DNA from: an uncultured Selenomonadales bacterium
GTDB lineage: Bacteria; Bacillota; Clostridia; Christensenellales; QALW01
Direction: 5' to 3'
DNA: 64,000 nt
NCBI GenBank assembly: GCA_905200615.1
Contig: CAJKLB010000001.1
Span: forward strand, 4,543-68,542
The translations under genes were made by a program, and so were the position numbers. The notes beneath the pieces were generated by a model, which worked only from the letters and a program-made list of their open reading frames with translations, had not been told where the DNA came from and made no database searches. Position 1 is the first letter of the stretch; each line of letters begins with the position of its first letter. Of this stretch, positions 16,337 through 26,068 are shown one piece after another.

Positions 16337-18979
16337 TTATTTATACATATAGAATACCATATCGGTGTAGCATACTTTTCCGTTCCACATCTTATTGCCG
16401 ATGTTGTAGGTTCCCGAAGAGGAAGACGTAAAGCTGCCCTCGGCGGAAAATTGTCCCGTAATGGGATTAAACCATTTATATTTATACGTAGTGTTGGGCG
16501 AAAGATTCCCGATCGTTCCGGTAGAGCGTCCCCCGGCTTCACTGGTATTATTATTTGCCGCTACGGTGCTGTCATAAAAGCTGTAGAAATAAATTACCAT
16601 TTTCGTATTGCTGCTGTTACTGGCCGCAACACTGTAAACACCGCTGCTGTTTCTGAAATACGAGGTATTATCAAACCGCGGAATCAGATTCCACCAATCA
16701 AAGGTACTGAAGAAATTCCGCATATAACTCGTTTGATACGAACTGACGTATTCCAAGGAGTCTCTCCATGTGGCCGCTTTTTTCTCCGCGGAAGTGATCG
16801 TGTCTACGCCGTCAGAGGAATTCGCGTCTTCGTTATAGGTATTGCCGTAGCTCCAGGTATCATGGCCGCCCCAGCCGTAACCGAACATACCGTTTAAGTA
16901 GGCCGCCCATCCCTGCATACGCGCGCCGAAGTTTTTTGTCCAAAGATAACAGTAACGTCCTTCATAGTTGACCACCGGTTTCCCCTGACCGTTGTACCAA
17001 TAGTCTTTGGCAACGGCATAGTCATAATTGCTTGTAAGGCTGGGAGACCACTGCGCCGCATACCAAGTATGCGCGCTTACCTTACGAAAAGCCGAAGGAT
17101 AGGTACCGGTTCTGCCGCCTAAATACAGCGTGCCGCTTTCGTTCGCGCCGTAACCGTTGCCCAGTGCGGCGGTCATTGCCGTATTCTCCTGATGCGCCGT
17201 CAAGGGATGGCTGTAGGGATCATACTGATCGATATATTCAGCCACCAGTTTATAAGGATTGTTTACAAAATTCCACTTTAAGTGATCGCCTCTGTCCCAG
17301 TAAAAATCATTATCGACTTCCTGGCCAAGCGTCCACATCACCGGATACGCGCTGTAGCGGGCTACCCAATAGCGGGAAAGCTTCTTTAAATAGGTTTTTG
17401 CCTGGTCGGAAAGATCCTTCACCGTTACCGACGATCCGTTTACCGTAAGGGAAACATTGCGGGTAGAATAACCGCCGTGATTTTCAATACAGGTATTCAT
17501 TTCCGAAGGAAAGAAGAACTGCGCATTGGCATGTACCAAACCTGCCGCGGCAATTATTTGAAATTTCTGATCATTGGTTTTAAACCCGCGGATATCGCCC
17601 TCGTCAATGCCGTCCGCTGCAGAAAACGCCGCGCCCAGCGGCTCGCTTTGAATCACCGTATACCCCTGCTTGGCGCGATGCGCTGTAATAGTTTCTACCA
17701 TACTTACCGATTCTGCTCCCAGACTCCAGTGCGTATCCCCTAAGTAAAAGAACGGCGTGCCGTCGTTATACATAAAGTACCGCGTACCCGAAGAAGTTTT
17801 TACAAAACCGTGCTTATAAATATCCAAATTGCCCGAATACTTTGTACAGGTAATGCGCCCCGTCTGATTATGCAGACCGGTATCTTTTGTATTGGTGCAC
17901 ACGGTTTTATACGTCCAGGTTCCGGCGGTAGGACACACGAAACGAATACGCCAAACACTGCTGCCATCCCAGAAACCGGGAATGGTATAGGTAACGCTTC
18001 CGTTGGTTAAAACCAAGTCCACATCCACGTCATTAAAAGGGTCATTATAAAATTGACTGCTGACCAGAACCACTTCATTGGCCACCCAGGTAACGGCCGA
18101 GGAAACTCCCGAGGGCTTGGTATTATCTATAAAAGTCAACAATTCAAAATTATCGATATAAATCGCCTTTACCGCATCGGAAATCTGATGCAGACAAAAA
18201 TCCCATGTGGCAGAAGATTTAATGTCGCTGGCCAACACTTTAAAGGTGACCTCATAGGTATTCCAGGTATTGGGCTCGGTGGAATCAGCCGATTCAAAAC
18301 CGGCGTAATAATTTCCGTTCACTTCTTCAATAAAGGAATTCTGATCCGCGGCAGACCCCCGGATAGCGCCATAGAAAGGAACGGTTTCTTCACCGGCGGT
18401 TACCTTATATTTAAAACGGATCGTATAATAGCCCGCCGAAGTGATATATCGGGCCAAATTAATCGCCGGAGACGAATAAGTTTCATTTTTAGTATAATAA
18501 AGACATTTGGTACCGCCATATCCCGAAGAAGAAATGGAAGGCGATACATTTCCGTATTTTCCCGTCCAGGCCGTCTGACTTACGGAAGAAACTTTATCGA
18601 AAGTAGAACTGGCATCGGGAATCAGATTCTTTTCAATGATGGACGAACCGCCGTCGCCGGAAGAAGGCGGAATAATACCGCCGATTGTAGAACCGTTGTT
18701 TCCGGTGCCGCCGGAATTTCCTGAACCGCCGCTTCCGCCGGGAGACGCGGTACCGCCGGGTTCATCCGAGCCCTCCGGGGCGTCGGTTCCGTCAATTTCA
18801 TCGATTCCCCCGCCGGGTGACGTCGTCGGCCTACCCGAAGACGTAGGAGACGACGTAGTCCCTGTGGGATCAATCGTTGCCAAAATCTCTTCGTCTGTTT
18901 TCGGCTTGCAACCGGTAAAAAGCAGTATGGCCGTCAGCAGCATTACCGCCGCGATACGAAAGATTTTCATAACTTTCAC
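16337..18979 (-). CDS. Surface lipoprotein glycoside hydrolase: G/S/T/P linker, CBM4/9-like module, DUF5060-like Ig domain, DUF4038 (GH140-related) TIM barrel, C-terminal beta-sandwich
   Basis: Lipobox LFTGC. The CBM-like module ends in AIYIDNFELL. VTWVANEVVLVSS...WRIRFVCPTAGTWTYKT is DUF5060-like. PFFYLGDTHWSL...GYTVIQSEP...VMWTLGQEVDN is DUF4038-like. The family assignment is from memory of these Pfam patterns. Confidence 0.6.
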   Translation of the reverse strand: MKVMKIFRIAAVMLLTAILLFTGCKPKTDEEILATIDPTGTTSSPTSSGRPTTSPGGGIDEIDGTDAPEGSDEPGGTASPGGSGGSGNSGGTGNNGSTIGGIIPPSSGDGGSSIIEKNLIPDASSTFDKVSSVSQTAWTGKYGNVSPSISSSGYGGTKCLYYTKNETYSSPAINLARYITSAGYYTIRFKYKVTAGEETVPFYGAIRGSAADQNSFIEEVNGNYYAGFESADSTEPNTWNTYEVTFKVLASDIKSSATWDFCLHQISDAVKAIYIDNFELLTFIDNTKPSGVSSAVTWVANEVVLVSSQFYNDPFNDVDVDLVLTNGSVTYTIPGFWDGSSVWRIRFVCPTAGTWTYKTVCTNTKDTGLHNQTGRITCTKYSGNLDIYKHGFVKTSSGTRYFMYNDGTPFFYLGDTHWSLGAESVSMVETITAHRAKQGYTVIQSEPLGAAFSAADGIDEGDIRGFKTNDQKFQIIAAAGLVHANAQFFFPSEMNTCIENHGGYSTRNVSLTVNGSSVTVKDLSDQAKTYLKKLSRYWVARYSAYPVMWTLGQEVDNDFYWDRGDHLKWNFVNNPYKLVAEYIDQYDPYSHPLTAHQENTAMTAALGNGYGANESGTLYLGGRTGTYPSAFRKVSAHTWYAAQWSPSLTSNYDYAVAKDYWYNGQGKPVVNYEGRYCYLWTKNFGARMQGWAAYLNGMFGYGWGGHDTWSYGNTYNEDANSSDGVDTITSAEKKAATWRDSLEYVSSYQTSYMRNFFSTFDWWNLIPRFDNTSYFRNSSGVYSVAASNSSNTKMVIYFYSFYDSTVAANNNTSEAGGRSTGTIGNLSPNTTYKYKWFNPITGQFSAEGSFTSSSSGTYNIGNKMWNGKVCYTDMVFYMYK

Positions 18980-19298
18980 CTCAAATATTTTGCCTGCTTA
19001 TAAAAACAACATGCACTTTGTGTTTTAACAGACTGATAAAATAAGTATACCATAAAAAAACGCCAAATTCAACAAAAAATACATAAAAAATCAATATATT
19101 ATTGTAAAACTCTTATGTCTGAGAATCAATGGCCCAAAACACTTTTTTGTAACGGAATCAAATATCAGGGAAAAACGCAGCCTCATAACGGCTGTCGTAT
19201 TCTTTGCGCCAGCCGCCGGAAGCAAAAATACGGCAAGGAAAAATTCGATCTGCTCCGAATATTTTACTTGACCAAAACAAATACTTTTTTAAAAACTC

Positions 19299-19327
19299 TT
19301 GACAGCATCAAAGAATTATGCTATTTT
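19299..19327 (+). promoter_or_regulatory. Promoter of the lacI-xylA-xylB operon
   Basis: TTGACA (19299-19304), a 17-nt spacer, then TGcTATTTT (-10 at 19322-19327). Confidence 0.5.
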
Positions 19328-19336
19328 TAAAAAAAG

Positions 19337-19350
19337 TGTACACGTGCACA
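19337..19350. promoter_or_regulatory. LacI-family operator-like palindrome
   Basis: TGTACACGTGCACA is a 14-bp imperfect dyad centred on CG (12 of 14 positions symmetric). It starts 10 nt downstream of the -10 box and 25 nt upstream of the LacI-family gene. Confidence 0.55.
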
Positions 19351-19374
19351 CAATAAATGGAACGGTGAAATCTT

Positions 19375-20391
19375 ATGTCGGTAACAAGCGGAAAAATTGC
19401 AGAATTAGCCGGTGTGTCGCGCGGAACGGTTGACCGCGTATTGCACAACAGGGGAAAAGTAAACCCTGAGGTAGCAAAAAGAATCAAACAGTTGGCAAAA
19501 GAGCTTGCCTATCAGCCGGATCGTGCCGGCAAAGCGCTTTCTTACCGAAAAAACCCTCCTAAATTCGGTGTTTTACTAAATTCCGTGGGCAATGCTTTTT
19601 TTGATGAGGTAAAATCCGGAATTGCTGCGGCGCAAAAAGAATTGGCGGATTTCAAACTGCAAATTCTATTAACGGAATTAAAAGGATACCGTTCAGAAGA
19701 ACAGACGGCAGCCCTGGACGCCTTTTATAGGCAAGGAGTAAAAGGCATCATTCTTATGCCGGTAAACGACGTGTCGGTAGCGGATAAAATCAATGAACTT
19801 TCCCGCGCGGGAATACCGTTTGTAACGATAAACACAGATATTCCCGCCGCCAATCGGCTTGCCTATATCGGAAGCGATTATTTAAAGAGCGGTCAAACCG
19901 CCGCCGGACTGGCTGATTTCATCATGCAGGATCCCATACATTTATTAATTGTAACCGGCTCAATGAAAAATTTAGGGCATCGCAAACGAATAGACGGATT
20001 TATCGGCACAATGCAAAACCGCCGCATGAAAATTGCGGCTACCATTGAAAATCAAGACCAGGAACCTTTGGCGTATTCCCTAACCGCTCAGGCATTAAAA
20101 CAGCATCCCGAAATTAACCTGATATACATCGTATCCGCCGGAGTCGGCAGCGTAATGAAAGCGGTTTCGGAACATCCAAAAAAAGTACATGTTTTATGCT
20201 TTGACAGTACGCCCGAAATTGTTTCTTTAATAAAAGCAGGCAAAATCACCGCCACCATTTGTCAGGAGCCGTTTGAACAGGGATACCGTTCCGTGCGAGT
20301 ATTATTTGACGCCGTTGTCAACGGTATTTTGCCAAAATCCGATCTTCTCTACACCGACTGCCAAATCAAAATCAAACAAAACATTGAATAA
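19375..20391 (+). CDS. LacI-family transcriptional regulator
   Basis: N-terminal HTH IAELAGVSRGTVDRVLHNRGKVNPEVAKRI followed by a periplasmic-binding-protein-like sugar-binding core. Confidence 0.85.
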   Translation: MSVTSGKIAELAGVSRGTVDRVLHNRGKVNPEVAKRIKQLAKELAYQPDRAGKALSYRKNPPKFGVLLNSVGNAFFDEVKSGIAAAQKELADFKLQILLTELKGYRSEEQTAALDAFYRQGVKGIILMPVNDVSVADKINELSRAGIPFVTINTDIPAANRLAYIGSDYLKSGQTAAGLADFIMQDPIHLLIVTGSMKNLGHRKRIDGFIGTMQNRRMKIAATIENQDQEPLAYSLTAQALKQHPEINLIYIVSAGVGSVMKAVSEHPKKVHVLCFDSTPEIVSLIKAGKITATICQEPFEQGYRSVRVLFDAVVNGILPKSDLLYTDCQIKIKQNIE

Positions 20392-20428
20392 CCGTAAAAA
20401 ATTCCGCGATTGATAGGAGTGAATGAAA

Positions 20429-21745
20429 ATGAAAGAATTTTTTGAAAATGTGCCTTCCATCCGTTATGAGGGAAAGGACAGCAAAAATCCCTTAGCCTTT
20501 AAGTACTATAACAAAGATGAAGTAATTATGGGCAAAAAAATGTCAGAGCACCTGCGCTTTGCCATGTCCTATTGGCATACCATGTGCGCCGGTATGAGTG
20601 ATCCGTTCGGTTCAGCCACCATTGACCGCAGTTACGGAAAAACAGATCCTATGGAGCAAGCGAAAGCAAAAGCGGACGCCGCTTTTGAATTGATGACCAA
20701 ACTGGGTATTGAGTATTTTTGTTTTCATGACGTTGACATTGCGCCTGAGGGGAATTCTTTGGCGGAATTCAAGGCAAATCTGGAGGAAATGACGGATTAT
20801 ATCAAAGGGCTGATGGAAAAAACCGGCATCAAGCTGCTTTGGGGAACCGCGAACAACTTCGGCAATCCGCGTTATATGCACGGAGCCGGTACATCCCCGG
20901 TTGCTCAAGTATTTGCCTGCGCCGCGTTTCAAATCAAAAACGCGGTTGATGCCACGATGAAGCTGGGCGGCAGCGGGTATGTGTTCTGGGGCGGCCGCGA
21001 GGGATATGAAACGCTGCTGAATACGGATATGGCTCTTGAGCTGGACAATATGGCAAGATTGATGAAAATGACCGTTGTATACGCGCGCTCCAAAGGGTAT
21101 GAAGGAGATTTCTATATTGAGCCGAAACCAAAAGAGCCCACCAAACATCAATATGATTTTGACGCTTCCACCGTATTGGCCTTTCTGCGCAAATACCATT
21201 TGGAAAAAGACTTTAAGCTGAATATTGAAGCCAACCACGCAACCTTAGCCGGTCATAATTTTGAACATGAGCTGGCCGTTGCCAGAATCAACAACGTATT
21301 GGGCTCTATTGATATTAATCAGGGAGATTATCTTCTTGGTTGGGACACCGATCAATTTCCCTCCGATGTTTACGAAGCTGTAAAATGCATGCTTCAAGTT
21401 CTCAAGGCAGGAGGATTTACAAACGGAGGACTGAACTTTGACGCGAAAGTACGCCGCGGTTCGTATGAGTGGATTGACATTATCTATGCGTATATTCTCG
21501 GTATGGATACCTATGCGCTTGGCTTAAAGAAGGCGGCGGCTTTGATTCAGGACGGCAGAATTGACGAATTTGTAAAAAAACGCTATGCCAGTTGGTCCGA
21601 GGGAATCGGCGCAAGGATCGTCGCCGGAAAGGAAACGCTGGAAAGCGCGGCGGCATACGCTTTAAATCACGATTGTCCGGCAGTCGAAAGCGGCAGACAG
21701 GAACTGTTGGAAGCCATCATCAACAACGTGATGTTTAAGGACTGA
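20429..21745 (+). CDS. xylA: Xylose isomerase
   Basis: [28 protein letters not shown]..., FCFHD, WGGREGY and [18 protein letters not shown] prefer the second ATG (20429) on RBS spacing. Confidence 0.95.
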   Translation: MKEFFENVPSIRYEGKDSKNPLAFKYYNKDEVIMGKKMSEHLRFAMSYWHTMCAGMSDPFGSATIDRSYGKTDPMEQAKAKADAAFELMTKLGIEYFCFHDVDIAPEGNSLAEFKANLEEMTDYIKGLMEKTGIKLLWGTANNFGNPRYMHGAGTSPVAQVFACAAFQIKNAVDATMKLGGSGYVFWGGREGYETLLNTDMALELDNMARLMKMTVVYARSKGYEGDFYIEPKPKEPTKHQYDFDASTVLAFLRKYHLEKDFKLNIEANHATLAGHNFEHELAVARINNVLGSIDINQGDYLLGWDTDQFPSDVYEAVKCMLQVLKAGGFTNGGLNFDAKVRRGSYEWIDIIYAYILGMDTYALGLKKAAALIQDGRIDEFVKKRYASWSEGIGARIVAGKETLESAAAYALNHDCPAVESGRQELLEAIINNVMFKD

Positions 21746-21809
21746 AAATCACAGGATGCCGGTCTATAGGATAAAAATTGGCCGGATTGTTTGAAAGGAA
21801 TGACACGCA

Positions 21810-23330
21810 ATGGCTTATTTAATCGGGATAGATATCGGTACCTCCGGAACAAAAACGGTATTGTTTGATGAAAACGGAACGGTGATTTCTTCATATACGG
21901 TTGAATATCCTCTGTATCAGCCGCAGAACGGCTATGCGGAACAATCTCCGGAAGACTGGTGGCAAGCAACCGTTACCTCTCTGAAGGCGGTAATATGCAG
22001 CAGCGGTATCAACAAGCAGGATATCAAGGGCGTCGGGTTATGCGGGCAGATGCACGGGCTGGTTATGCTGGATAAACACGGCGTCGTTCTTCGAAACGCT
22101 ATCCTTTGGTGTGATCAGCGCACCGGAAAAGAATGTGAAGAAATTACCCGGTGCGTAGGCGCCGAGCGTCTCATTGAAATCACCGCGAACCCCGCGCTTA
22201 CAGGGTTTACAGCGGCAAAAATTCTATGGGTTAAAAATCATGAACCGGAAATTTATGAAAAATGCCGTTCCATTTTGCTGCCGAAAGACTATATTCGTTT
22301 TCAATTGACCGGAGAGAAGGCAACTGAGGTTTCAGACGCCAGCGGAATGCAGCTTTTGGATATTCCGAAAAGGCAGTGGTCCCATGAGATCCTAAAAAAG
22401 CTGGATATCGATCCCTTGTTGCTGGCAAAGGTATATGAATCGCCCGAAATAACCGGAACGATAACCGCTGAAGCGGCAGCATTAACGGGCTTAAAGGAAG
22501 GGACGATTGTTGTCGGCGGAGCAGGCGATAACGCCGCTGCTGCCGTAGGAACCGGCGTTGTTACCGATGGAAAAGCTTTTACAACCATCGGAACCAGCGG
22601 TGTGGTGTTTGCGCATACCTCTGACATTGCCATTGACCCCAAAGGACGGGTACATACTTTCTGCTGCGCTGTGCCAGGGGCCTGGCATGTAATGGGGGTT
22701 ACTCAGGGAGCCGGACTTTCGCTGAAATGGTTTCGCGATACCTTTTGCCATGAAGAAATCGAAACCGCCAAACAGATGAACGTTGATCCCTATTCTTTAA
22801 TGGACAAAGAGGCCGAACTCGTTCCCATCGGAGCAAACAAGCTGCTGTATCTTCCTTATCTGATGGGAGAACGCACGCCGCATTTAGATCCGGCCGCGCG
22901 GGGCGTTTTCTTCGGGCTTTCAGCCATTCACACCAAAAAAGATATGATTCGCGCCGTGATGGAAGGAGTTTCCTACTCCCTGCAGGATTGTTTATCCGTT
23001 TTCAGCCAAATGAAAATTTCCGTAAAAGAAATGCTGGCTTGCGGCGGAGGCGGAAACAGTCCGTTATGGCGAAAAATGTTGGCCGATCTGTATGGCTGTA
23101 CAGTAAAAACGGTATCCTGCAAAGAGGGTCCTGCTTTAGGGGCCGCTTTGCTGGCAGGCGTAGGTGCCGGTCTCTACGGCAGTGTGCAGGAAGCTTGCGA
23201 AAAAGTAATTCACATGGATCGCCAAGTTTTTCCGGAAGAAGAAAATCACCGTCTGTATCAAAAAATGTATGATACCTATACCAAACTGTATCCGGCATTG
23301 AAGGAATGTTTTCAACAGCTGAACCGATAA
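21810..23330 (+). CDS. xylB: Xylulokinase
   Basis: FGGY kinase family: LIGIDIGTSGTKTVLFD, GGAGDNAAAAVGTG and ACGGGGNSPLWRKMLADL. Confidence 0.9.
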   Translation: MAYLIGIDIGTSGTKTVLFDENGTVISSYTVEYPLYQPQNGYAEQSPEDWWQATVTSLKAVICSSGINKQDIKGVGLCGQMHGLVMLDKHGVVLRNAILWCDQRTGKECEEITRCVGAERLIEITANPALTGFTAAKILWVKNHEPEIYEKCRSILLPKDYIRFQLTGEKATEVSDASGMQLLDIPKRQWSHEILKKLDIDPLLLAKVYESPEITGTITAEAAALTGLKEGTIVVGGAGDNAAAAVGTGVVTDGKAFTTIGTSGVVFAHTSDIAIDPKGRVHTFCCAVPGAWHVMGVTQGAGLSLKWFRDTFCHEEIETAKQMNVDPYSLMDKEAELVPIGANKLLYLPYLMGERTPHLDPAARGVFFGLSAIHTKKDMIRAVMEGVSYSLQDCLSVFSQMKISVKEMLACGGGGNSPLWRKMLADLYGCTVKTVSCKEGPALGAALLAGVGAGLYGSVQEACEKVIHMDRQVFPEEENHRLYQKMYDTYTKLYPALKECFQQLNR

Positions 23331-23417
23331 ACCATAGATAAAAACATTGAATCATGAAAAAGCACTTTACAAAAACAAAAAAAATATGCTAAAATATTTA
23401 AGATAAAATCAAAAACA

Positions 23418-23504
23418 GGCCTTTAATTTGGCACGAGATGCCAGCAAGGTGTATTTTATACTTATATGTTTTACGCCTTGCTGTGCTCGCAGCAAGTTTT
23501 TTTA
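23418..23504 (+). promoter_or_regulatory. Transcription attenuator with a PyrR-binding-loop-like hairpin upstream of the uracil permease
   Basis: GGCCTTTAATTTGGCACGAGATGCCAGCAAGG folds as CCUU/AAGG lower stem, UAA bulge, UGGCA/UGCCA upper stem and a purine-rich loop, like the B. subtilis PyrR loop CCUUUAAAACAGUCCAGAGAGGCUGAGAAGG. The terminator is CTTGCTG-TGCTCG-CAGCAAG plus T7 (23477-23503). CAGCAAGG (23442-23449) can instead pair with CCTTGCTG (23476-23483) as an antiterminator. Confidence 0.5.
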
Positions 23505-23543
23505 TGCCCTGGGGGGTAAAATATATTTTGCGGAGGAAAGCTT

Positions 23544-24980
23544 ATGAAAATGATTTTCAACGTAGAGGACAGGCCGAAGCCTTTACAAGTGGTAGTATAT
23601 GCCATTCAACAGCTTTTGGCCATCATGGCGGCAACGCTGGTGGTTCCGGTAATTACCGGAAACGGTATGCAGCCGGCCGCGGCTTTATTGGGCGCCGGCA
23701 TGGGTACCATTGTTTATCTGTGCTTTACCCGTTTTAAAAGCCCGGTATTTTTAGGATCATCCTTTGCCTTTTTAGGTTCCATGGCCGCAGCTTTTGCCGG
23801 TGCCGTATCCGTACAGGCCGGCTATGCGGGTCTGATCATCGGCGCGGTTTTCGCGGGTCTTGTATATGTAGTGATCGCCTTCATTGTAAAATTTGCGGGA
23901 GTAAACTGGATTAATAAAATCATGCCGCCGGTCGTAATCGGTCCTACGGTAGCCATCATCGGTCTCTCCCTGGCAGGCAACGCGATCGGCGACCTTACCA
24001 AGGGAAGCGTTACCGTAAACGTGACCCAACAGATCGCACAGATTAACGAGGCAACGGGTGTTGCTGAGCTTGCGGATAAAACCGAGTCTGTAGCGCTGGC
24101 TTCACCGTTTATAGCGCTGCTGTGCGGTCTTGTAACATTAGCGGTTACTATGCTTTGCTCCAGCTACGGTAAAAAGAGCATTCGGCTGATTCCCTTCATC
24201 ATCGGAATTTTAGCCGGTTATGCCACGGCGCTTGTTTGCACGCTCATCGGCAACAGCGCAGGGATCGACGCGTTAAAGATCCTGAATCTGGCTCCGCTTC
24301 AGGAACTCTTTGCCGACGGTGTAACTCTGCAAAGCTTTTTGATTCTTCCGGAATTTACCTTCCTGACAGCAGCTGAGGGTATCAATCAAATTGACAGTCA
24401 GTATCTTATTACTTTGGCTGTAGCCTACATCCCGGTAGCCTTTGTGGTATTCGCCGAGCATATTGCCGACCATAAAAACATTTCCTCCATTATTGAAAGA
24501 GATCTGCTGGACAAGCCCGGTCTGCACAGAACGCTTTTAGGTGACGGTGTAGGTTCTATGGTAGGCGCTTTCTTCGGCGGCTGCCCCAACACCACCTACG
24601 GTGAATCGGTAGCCTGCGTGGCGATCACCCGAAACGCATCGGTTATCACCATTTTGTTTGCGGCAATCGGCGCCATTTTAATCTCCTTTATCGCCCCCTT
24701 CGTTGCCTTTGTTAATTCCATTCCCAGCTGCGTTATGGGCGGCGTATGTATGGCATTATACGGATTTATCGCCGTCAGCGGCTTAAAGATGATCAAGAAT
24801 ATTGACCTGAACCAAAATAAAAACCTGTTTGTCGTATCGGTTATTTTAATCGCCGGTATCGGGGGTTTGAAGCTTACATTCGGCCAGGTAGAGATCACCA
24901 ATATCGCTATGGCGCTGATTCTGGGTATCCTGACAAATTTACTCCTTGCAAAATCCAAGGAAGAAGATACAGAAAATTAA
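23544..24980 (+). CDS. Uracil/xanthine permease (NCS2/NAT family)
   Basis: Polytopic membrane protein. QQLLAIMAATLVVPVITG, FLGSSFAF and TTYGESVACVAITR match the NCS2 signature region. Confidence 0.85.
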   Translation: MKMIFNVEDRPKPLQVVVYAIQQLLAIMAATLVVPVITGNGMQPAAALLGAGMGTIVYLCFTRFKSPVFLGSSFAFLGSMAAAFAGAVSVQAGYAGLIIGAVFAGLVYVVIAFIVKFAGVNWINKIMPPVVIGPTVAIIGLSLAGNAIGDLTKGSVTVNVTQQIAQINEATGVAELADKTESVALASPFIALLCGLVTLAVTMLCSSYGKKSIRLIPFIIGILAGYATALVCTLIGNSAGIDALKILNLAPLQELFADGVTLQSFLILPEFTFLTAAEGINQIDSQYLITLAVAYIPVAFVVFAEHIADHKNISSIIERDLLDKPGLHRTLLGDGVGSMVGAFFGGCPNTTYGESVACVAITRNASVITILFAAIGAILISFIAPFVAFVNSIPSCVMGGVCMALYGFIAVSGLKMIKNIDLNQNKNLFVVSVILIAGIGGLKLTFGQVEITNIAMALILGILTNLLLAKSKEEDTEN

Positions 24981-24986
24981 TTGATA

Positions 24987-25026
24987 AAAAATCATTTCCG
25001 AGAAAACTCGGAAATGATTTTTTTGG
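24987..25026 (+). terminator. Rho-independent terminator after the permease gene
   Basis: 13-bp stem AATCATTTCCGAG / CTCGGAAATGATT with loop AAAA, followed by a T-run. Confidence 0.8.
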
Positions 25027-25065
25027 CAAACAGCATCAATCTTCAGAAAAAAAGAGGTCTTTTTT

Positions 25066-25920
25066 GTGTGGCTCACGGCGGCATTTTTATCGGCGGTCTT
25101 TGCAGGCGCTACCTCTATTTTAGCAAAAACAGGCATTCAAAACACGGATAGTGATACGGCAACGGCACTGCGCACCGGCGTAATTGCCGTTTTTTCCTGG
25201 CTTATTGTACTGTTCAGCGGAGCAATAAAGGGCGTTTATTCCTTAGAGGGCCGATCGGTATTATTCTTAGTGCTTTCCGGACTGGCAACGGGCGGCTCCT
25301 GGCTGTGCTACTTTCGCGCGCTTTCTTTGGGCAGCGTCAATAAAGTAGTGGCTGTAGATAAGCTCAGTACGGTACTGGCCGTATTGTTTTCCTGGCTGTT
25401 ATTGCGGGAAGAAATAAGCTGGTACGTCTGGATCGGCGCCATCTTGCTGACCGTCGGCGCGCTCCTGATGATACAAAAACAATCTCGGCAGGAACATACA
25501 GAAAAGCGATGGCTGTTTTATGCTTTCTTATCGGCGGTCTTTGCCGCACTGACATCTATTTTAGGAAAAATCGGTGTAGAAAATGTGGATTCCAATTTAG
25601 CAACGGCTATCCGTACCTGCGTGGTTCTGCTGATGGCTTGGCTAATCTGCATTTTTCAGCGAAAAGTAAAACGGATAAAGCAAATTGATAAAAAAAGTCT
25701 GCTGTTCATTTTATTTTCCGGTATAACAGGCGGTCTTTCGTGGCTATGCTATTATTACGCGCTTAAATACGGAAAGATCACGGCAGTAATCGCCATTGAC
25801 AAGCTGAGCATAACGATTGCCGTTTTATTCGCCCATTTTTTGCTCAAAGAAAAGCTGAACAAGAAGGCCGCGCTGGGTACCGCGCTTTTAACACTCGGCG
25901 TGCTGGTTATGATTTTTTAA
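25066..25920 (+). CDS. EamA/DMT-family transporter (two EamA repeats), GTG start
   Basis: Ten predicted TM segments in two homologous halves (SILAKTGI / SILGKIGV). AGAGG RBS upstream of the GTG. Confidence 0.7.
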   Translation: MWLTAAFLSAVFAGATSILAKTGIQNTDSDTATALRTGVIAVFSWLIVLFSGAIKGVYSLEGRSVLFLVLSGLATGGSWLCYFRALSLGSVNKVVAVDKLSTVLAVLFSWLLLREEISWYVWIGAILLTVGALLMIQKQSRQEHTEKRWLFYAFLSAVFAALTSILGKIGVENVDSNLATAIRTCVVLLMAWLICIFQRKVKRIKQIDKKSLLFILFSGITGGLSWLCYYYALKYGKITAVIAIDKLSITIAVLFAHFLLKEKLNKKAALGTALLTLGVLVMIF

Positions 25921-26068
25921 CAAAAGAATTCGGTTATCCGCAAATCATAAAAATTGCCGGTTACAAAAAGCCGAAACCACTTGATAAGGCAAAAAAACTT
26001 TTTTCTCAATAAAAATGTCCTTGTTTTTAAAATTAATTTGCGAAAAGCAGTCTGCTGTAAGGAGCTTT

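Noticed and set aside
18053-19028. Plus-strand ORFs (223 aa and 130 aa) antisense to the glycoside hydrolase gene
   Set aside because: They mirror the G/S/T/P-rich linker and coding frame of the real minus-strand gene. Their composition (R/G/I-rich or P/E-rich) is an antisense artefact.
19115-19330. 71-aa ORF in the GH / lacI divergent spacer
   Set aside because: It has no RBS, overlaps the promoter elements and has an implausible Lys/Cys-rich composition.
23438-23737. 99-aa ORF spanning the uracil-permease leader
   Set aside because: It runs through the terminator hairpin and out of frame into the permease gene. The region is better explained as an RNA attenuator.
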